A stretch of DNA of 64,000 bases from Paracoccaceae bacterium (GTDB lineage Bacteria; Pseudomonadota; Alphaproteobacteria; Rhodobacterales; Rhodobacteraceae). Positions 62,035 to 64,000 of this stretch are shown here, one piece after another (positions within the stretch are counted from its first letter, which is position 1; each line of letters begins with the position of its first letter). Position numbers and translations under genes: made by a program. The notes under the pieces were generated by a model. The model was not told the DNA's origin and made no database searches. It was given only the letters and a program-made list of their open reading frames with translations. The stretch lies in the NCBI GenBank assembly GCA_013214635.1, contig JABSSC010000001.1, forward strand, positions 24 through 64,023. Reading direction: 5' to 3'.

Positions 62035-63243
62035 TCAAACAGCGCGGAGGGCCAACACGGCGTTGAGCCCTCCAAATGCAAAGGCGTTTGACAAAACGGC
62101 ACTGACCTTGGCCTCGCGTGCGGTGTTTGGCACCACGTCCAACGCACATTCAGGGTCAGGTTCTTCGTAATTGATCGTGGGCGCGATGATTCCGTCGCGC
62201 AGCGCCATCAGACAGGCGATCAATTCAATCGCTCCGGTACCGCCGATGACGTGGCCATGCATAGACTTCGTCGATGATATCATCAAACGATCGGCATCCG
62301 CCCCGAATACATCTGACACCACGGCGCATTCGGTTTTGTCATTGGCGGCGGTGCCAGTTCCGTGCGCGTTGATATACCCAACCTCTGCGGTCGACATGCG
62401 CGCGTCCTTCAACGCGCCACTGATCGCGCGGGAGGCGCCCTGACGCGATGGCATCACGATATCCGCGGCATCCGAGGTCATTGAGAAACCCGAGATTTCG
62501 GCCAGAATCTCGGCGCCCCGCGCGCGCGCGTGTTCATAGTCTTCCAACACGAAGACCGCTGCGCCCTCGCCCTGCACCATCCCGTTGCGATTGGCCGAGA
62601 ACGGGCGGCAGGCGTCCTTGGACATCACGCGCAAGCCTTCCCACGCCTTAACCCCGCCAAAGGTCAGCATCGCCTCCGAGCCGCCGGCAAGCATCACACG
62701 GCTGGCCCCGGAGCGGACAAGCTGAAACGCCTGCCCCATCGCGTGGTTCGAGGATGCGCAGGCGGTTGCGACGGTAAAGGTTGGCCCCTTGAGGTTGTGG
62801 GTCATCGAGACGTGGCTGGCCGCCGCGTTATTCATCAATTTCGGCACGACGAAGGGGTGAACGCGGTTCTTCCCCTCTTCATAGACCATGCGGTAATTCT
62901 CATCCCAGGTGTTCAGGCCACCGCCTGCCGTCCCCAGAACAACCCCAGCCTCTGCCGCCAGCGCGCCGGAAAACTCTAGCCCGGATTGCGCCAAAGCCTC
63001 ATTCGCGGCCATCAAGGTGAACTGTGTGAACCGGTCATAAAGCGCCAGTTGCTGGCGGTTGAAGTGATCTTCGGGAACGAACCCGCGCACCTGCCCGCCA
63101 ATGCGGATCGACAGACGCTCAACATCGCGGATCTCAAGCGGTCCGATCCCGTTGCGTCCTTCCTGCATGGCGATCATGGTCTCGGGCACGGAGGCGCCGA
63201 GGGCGTTGATCGTTCCCGCCCCGGTGATGACGACACGTCTCAT
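62035..63243 (-). CDS. beta-ketoacyl-ACP synthase (KAS II / NodE- or FabF-XL-like)
   Basis: ATACASS active-site Cys, NAHGTGT and KSMHGH histidines, 402 aa. Confidence 0.9.
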   Translation of the reverse strand: MRRVVITGAGTINALGASVPETMIAMQEGRNGIGPLEIRDVERLSIRIGGQVRGFVPEDHFNRQQLALYDRFTQFTLMAANEALAQSGLEFSGALAAEAGVVLGTAGGGLNTWDENYRMVYEEGKNRVHPFVVPKLMNNAAASHVSMTHNLKGPTFTVATACASSNHAMGQAFQLVRSGASRVMLAGGSEAMLTFGGVKAWEGLRVMSKDACRPFSANRNGMVQGEGAAVFVLEDYEHARARGAEILAEISGFSMTSDAADIVMPSRQGASRAISGALKDARMSTAEVGYINAHGTGTAANDKTECAVVSDVFGADADRLMISSTKSMHGHVIGGTGAIELIACLMALRDGIIAPTINYEEPDPECALDVVPNTAREAKVSAVLSNAFAFGGLNAVLALRAV

Positions 63244-63253
63244 CGCGGGGCGA

Positions 63254-63520
63254 TCAGGCGGCCTGTTCGGCGATCAAGGCGGTCACTGCCGCAATGATGG
63301 CCGAGACCGAAGAAATATCGAAGTCTGATTTTTCAGGCTCGTTGGCGTTGAACGGCACTTGAATATCAAACGTCTCTTCAATCGCGAAAATCGCCTCAAC
63401 CAGCCCGAGGCTATCGACGCCGAGGTCCTCCAACGATTGATCAAGCGCAACTTCAGACGGTTCAAGAAGCGCCTGTTCTGCGATGATTTCTATGACTTTT
63501 TCGCTGACAGAGTCCGACAT
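63254..63520 (-). CDS. dedicated acyl carrier protein (AcpXL/NodF-like)
   Basis: LGVDSLGLVEAIFAIEETFDIQVP with the phosphopantetheine Ser. ATG 63520 follows a GAGG SD. Confidence 0.85.
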   Translation of the reverse strand: MSDSVSEKVIEIIAEQALLEPSEVALDQSLEDLGVDSLGLVEAIFAIEETFDIQVPFNANEPEKSDFDISSVSAIIAAVTALIAEQAA

Positions 63521-63551
63521 CCCGTGCCTCAACGGTTCCTTGGCCCTATAT

Positions 63552-64000
63552 TTAGTCGCTCGGGTCGGTCTTTGAAACCGCTTTTTGCAATTCTGCGACC
63601 TGACGGAACAGGCGGGGAAGACGGCGCAAGCCCTTCATCGCCTCGACATGGGTTTCCATCTTCATCGCCGGACTGCCCAACAGAACCCGGCCCGCAGGTG
63701 CGTTGGTAAAGATCTTGGTGGCACCGCCGGCCACAACATCATCGCCCACGAAGATGTTGTCGCTGACCCCACATTGACCGCCCATGACAACGCGGTTGCC
63801 GATGCGCGCCGACCCAGCGATGCCCACCTGACCGCAAAGCAGGCAGTCTTCGCCCACGGTCACGTTGTGGCCGATATGCACAAGATTATCGAGCTTGGTT
63901 CCCCGCCCGATGCGCGTGGACCGGATCGTGCCCCGGTCGATGGCGGTGTTTGCACCGATCTCAACATCATCGCCGATCTCCACCGCGCCGAGCGAATGGA
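63552..64000 (-). CDS. lpxD: UDP-3-O-acylglucosamine N-acyltransferase LpxD, C-terminal part (runs off window end)
   Basis: Hexapeptide repeats [33 protein letters not shown]...GIAGSARIG and a C-terminal helical tail. Confidence 0.85.
   Translation of the reverse strand, partial: HSLGAVEIGDDVEIGANTAIDRGTIRSTRIGRGTKLDNLVHIGHNVTVGEDCLLCGQVGIAGSARIGNRVVMGGQCGVSDNIFVGDDVVAGGATKIFTNAPAGRVLLGSPAMKMETHVEAMKGLRRLPRLFRQVAELQKAVSKTDPSD

Overview
This is a high-GC alphaproteobacterial chromosome segment. The gene content looks Rhodobacteraceae-like: ctrA with a sciP-like gene, Hint_2-type proteins, lpxI, trmFO, usg and an IalB-family gene. The window is almost fully coding and is mostly core housekeeping. 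It holds a Liv-type ABC importer, gyrA, a group of tRNA-modification genes (trmFO, gluQ, mnmA, miaA), hisI, recG-ligA and ctrA. A long minus-strand envelope cluster runs pyrH-frr-uppS-cdsA-dxr-rseP-bamA-skp-fabZ-lpxA-lpxI-lpxB. After it come an AraC-linked peptide-type ABC importer, ssb, aroK-aroB, xerD, a CorC/CNNM transporter, a HerA-like ATPase and an lpxD-ACP-KAS module at the right edge. One tRNA-Leu(CAA) is present. I found no CRISPR array, prophage, transposase, toxin-antitoxin pair or recognisable defence genes, so I do not claim a new system here. Worth a second look: (1) two adjacent stand-alone Hint-domain genes next to a ~750 bp lower-GC spacer with no convincing gene; (2) two intrinsic terminators inside a divergent intergenic region, which suggest small independent transcripts; (3) lpxD missing from the bamA-skp-fabZ-lpxA cluster and instead paired with a dedicated ACP and KAS; (4) CtrA-box-like motifs upstream of ctrA and of a membrane-protein gene; (5) orphan small ORFs translationally coupled inside both ABC operons; (6) a frameshifted DUF389 gene. 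All family calls come from reading motifs in the supplied translations. No database search was run, and start codons were refined by eye from Shine-Dalgarno (SD, ribosome-binding site) context.
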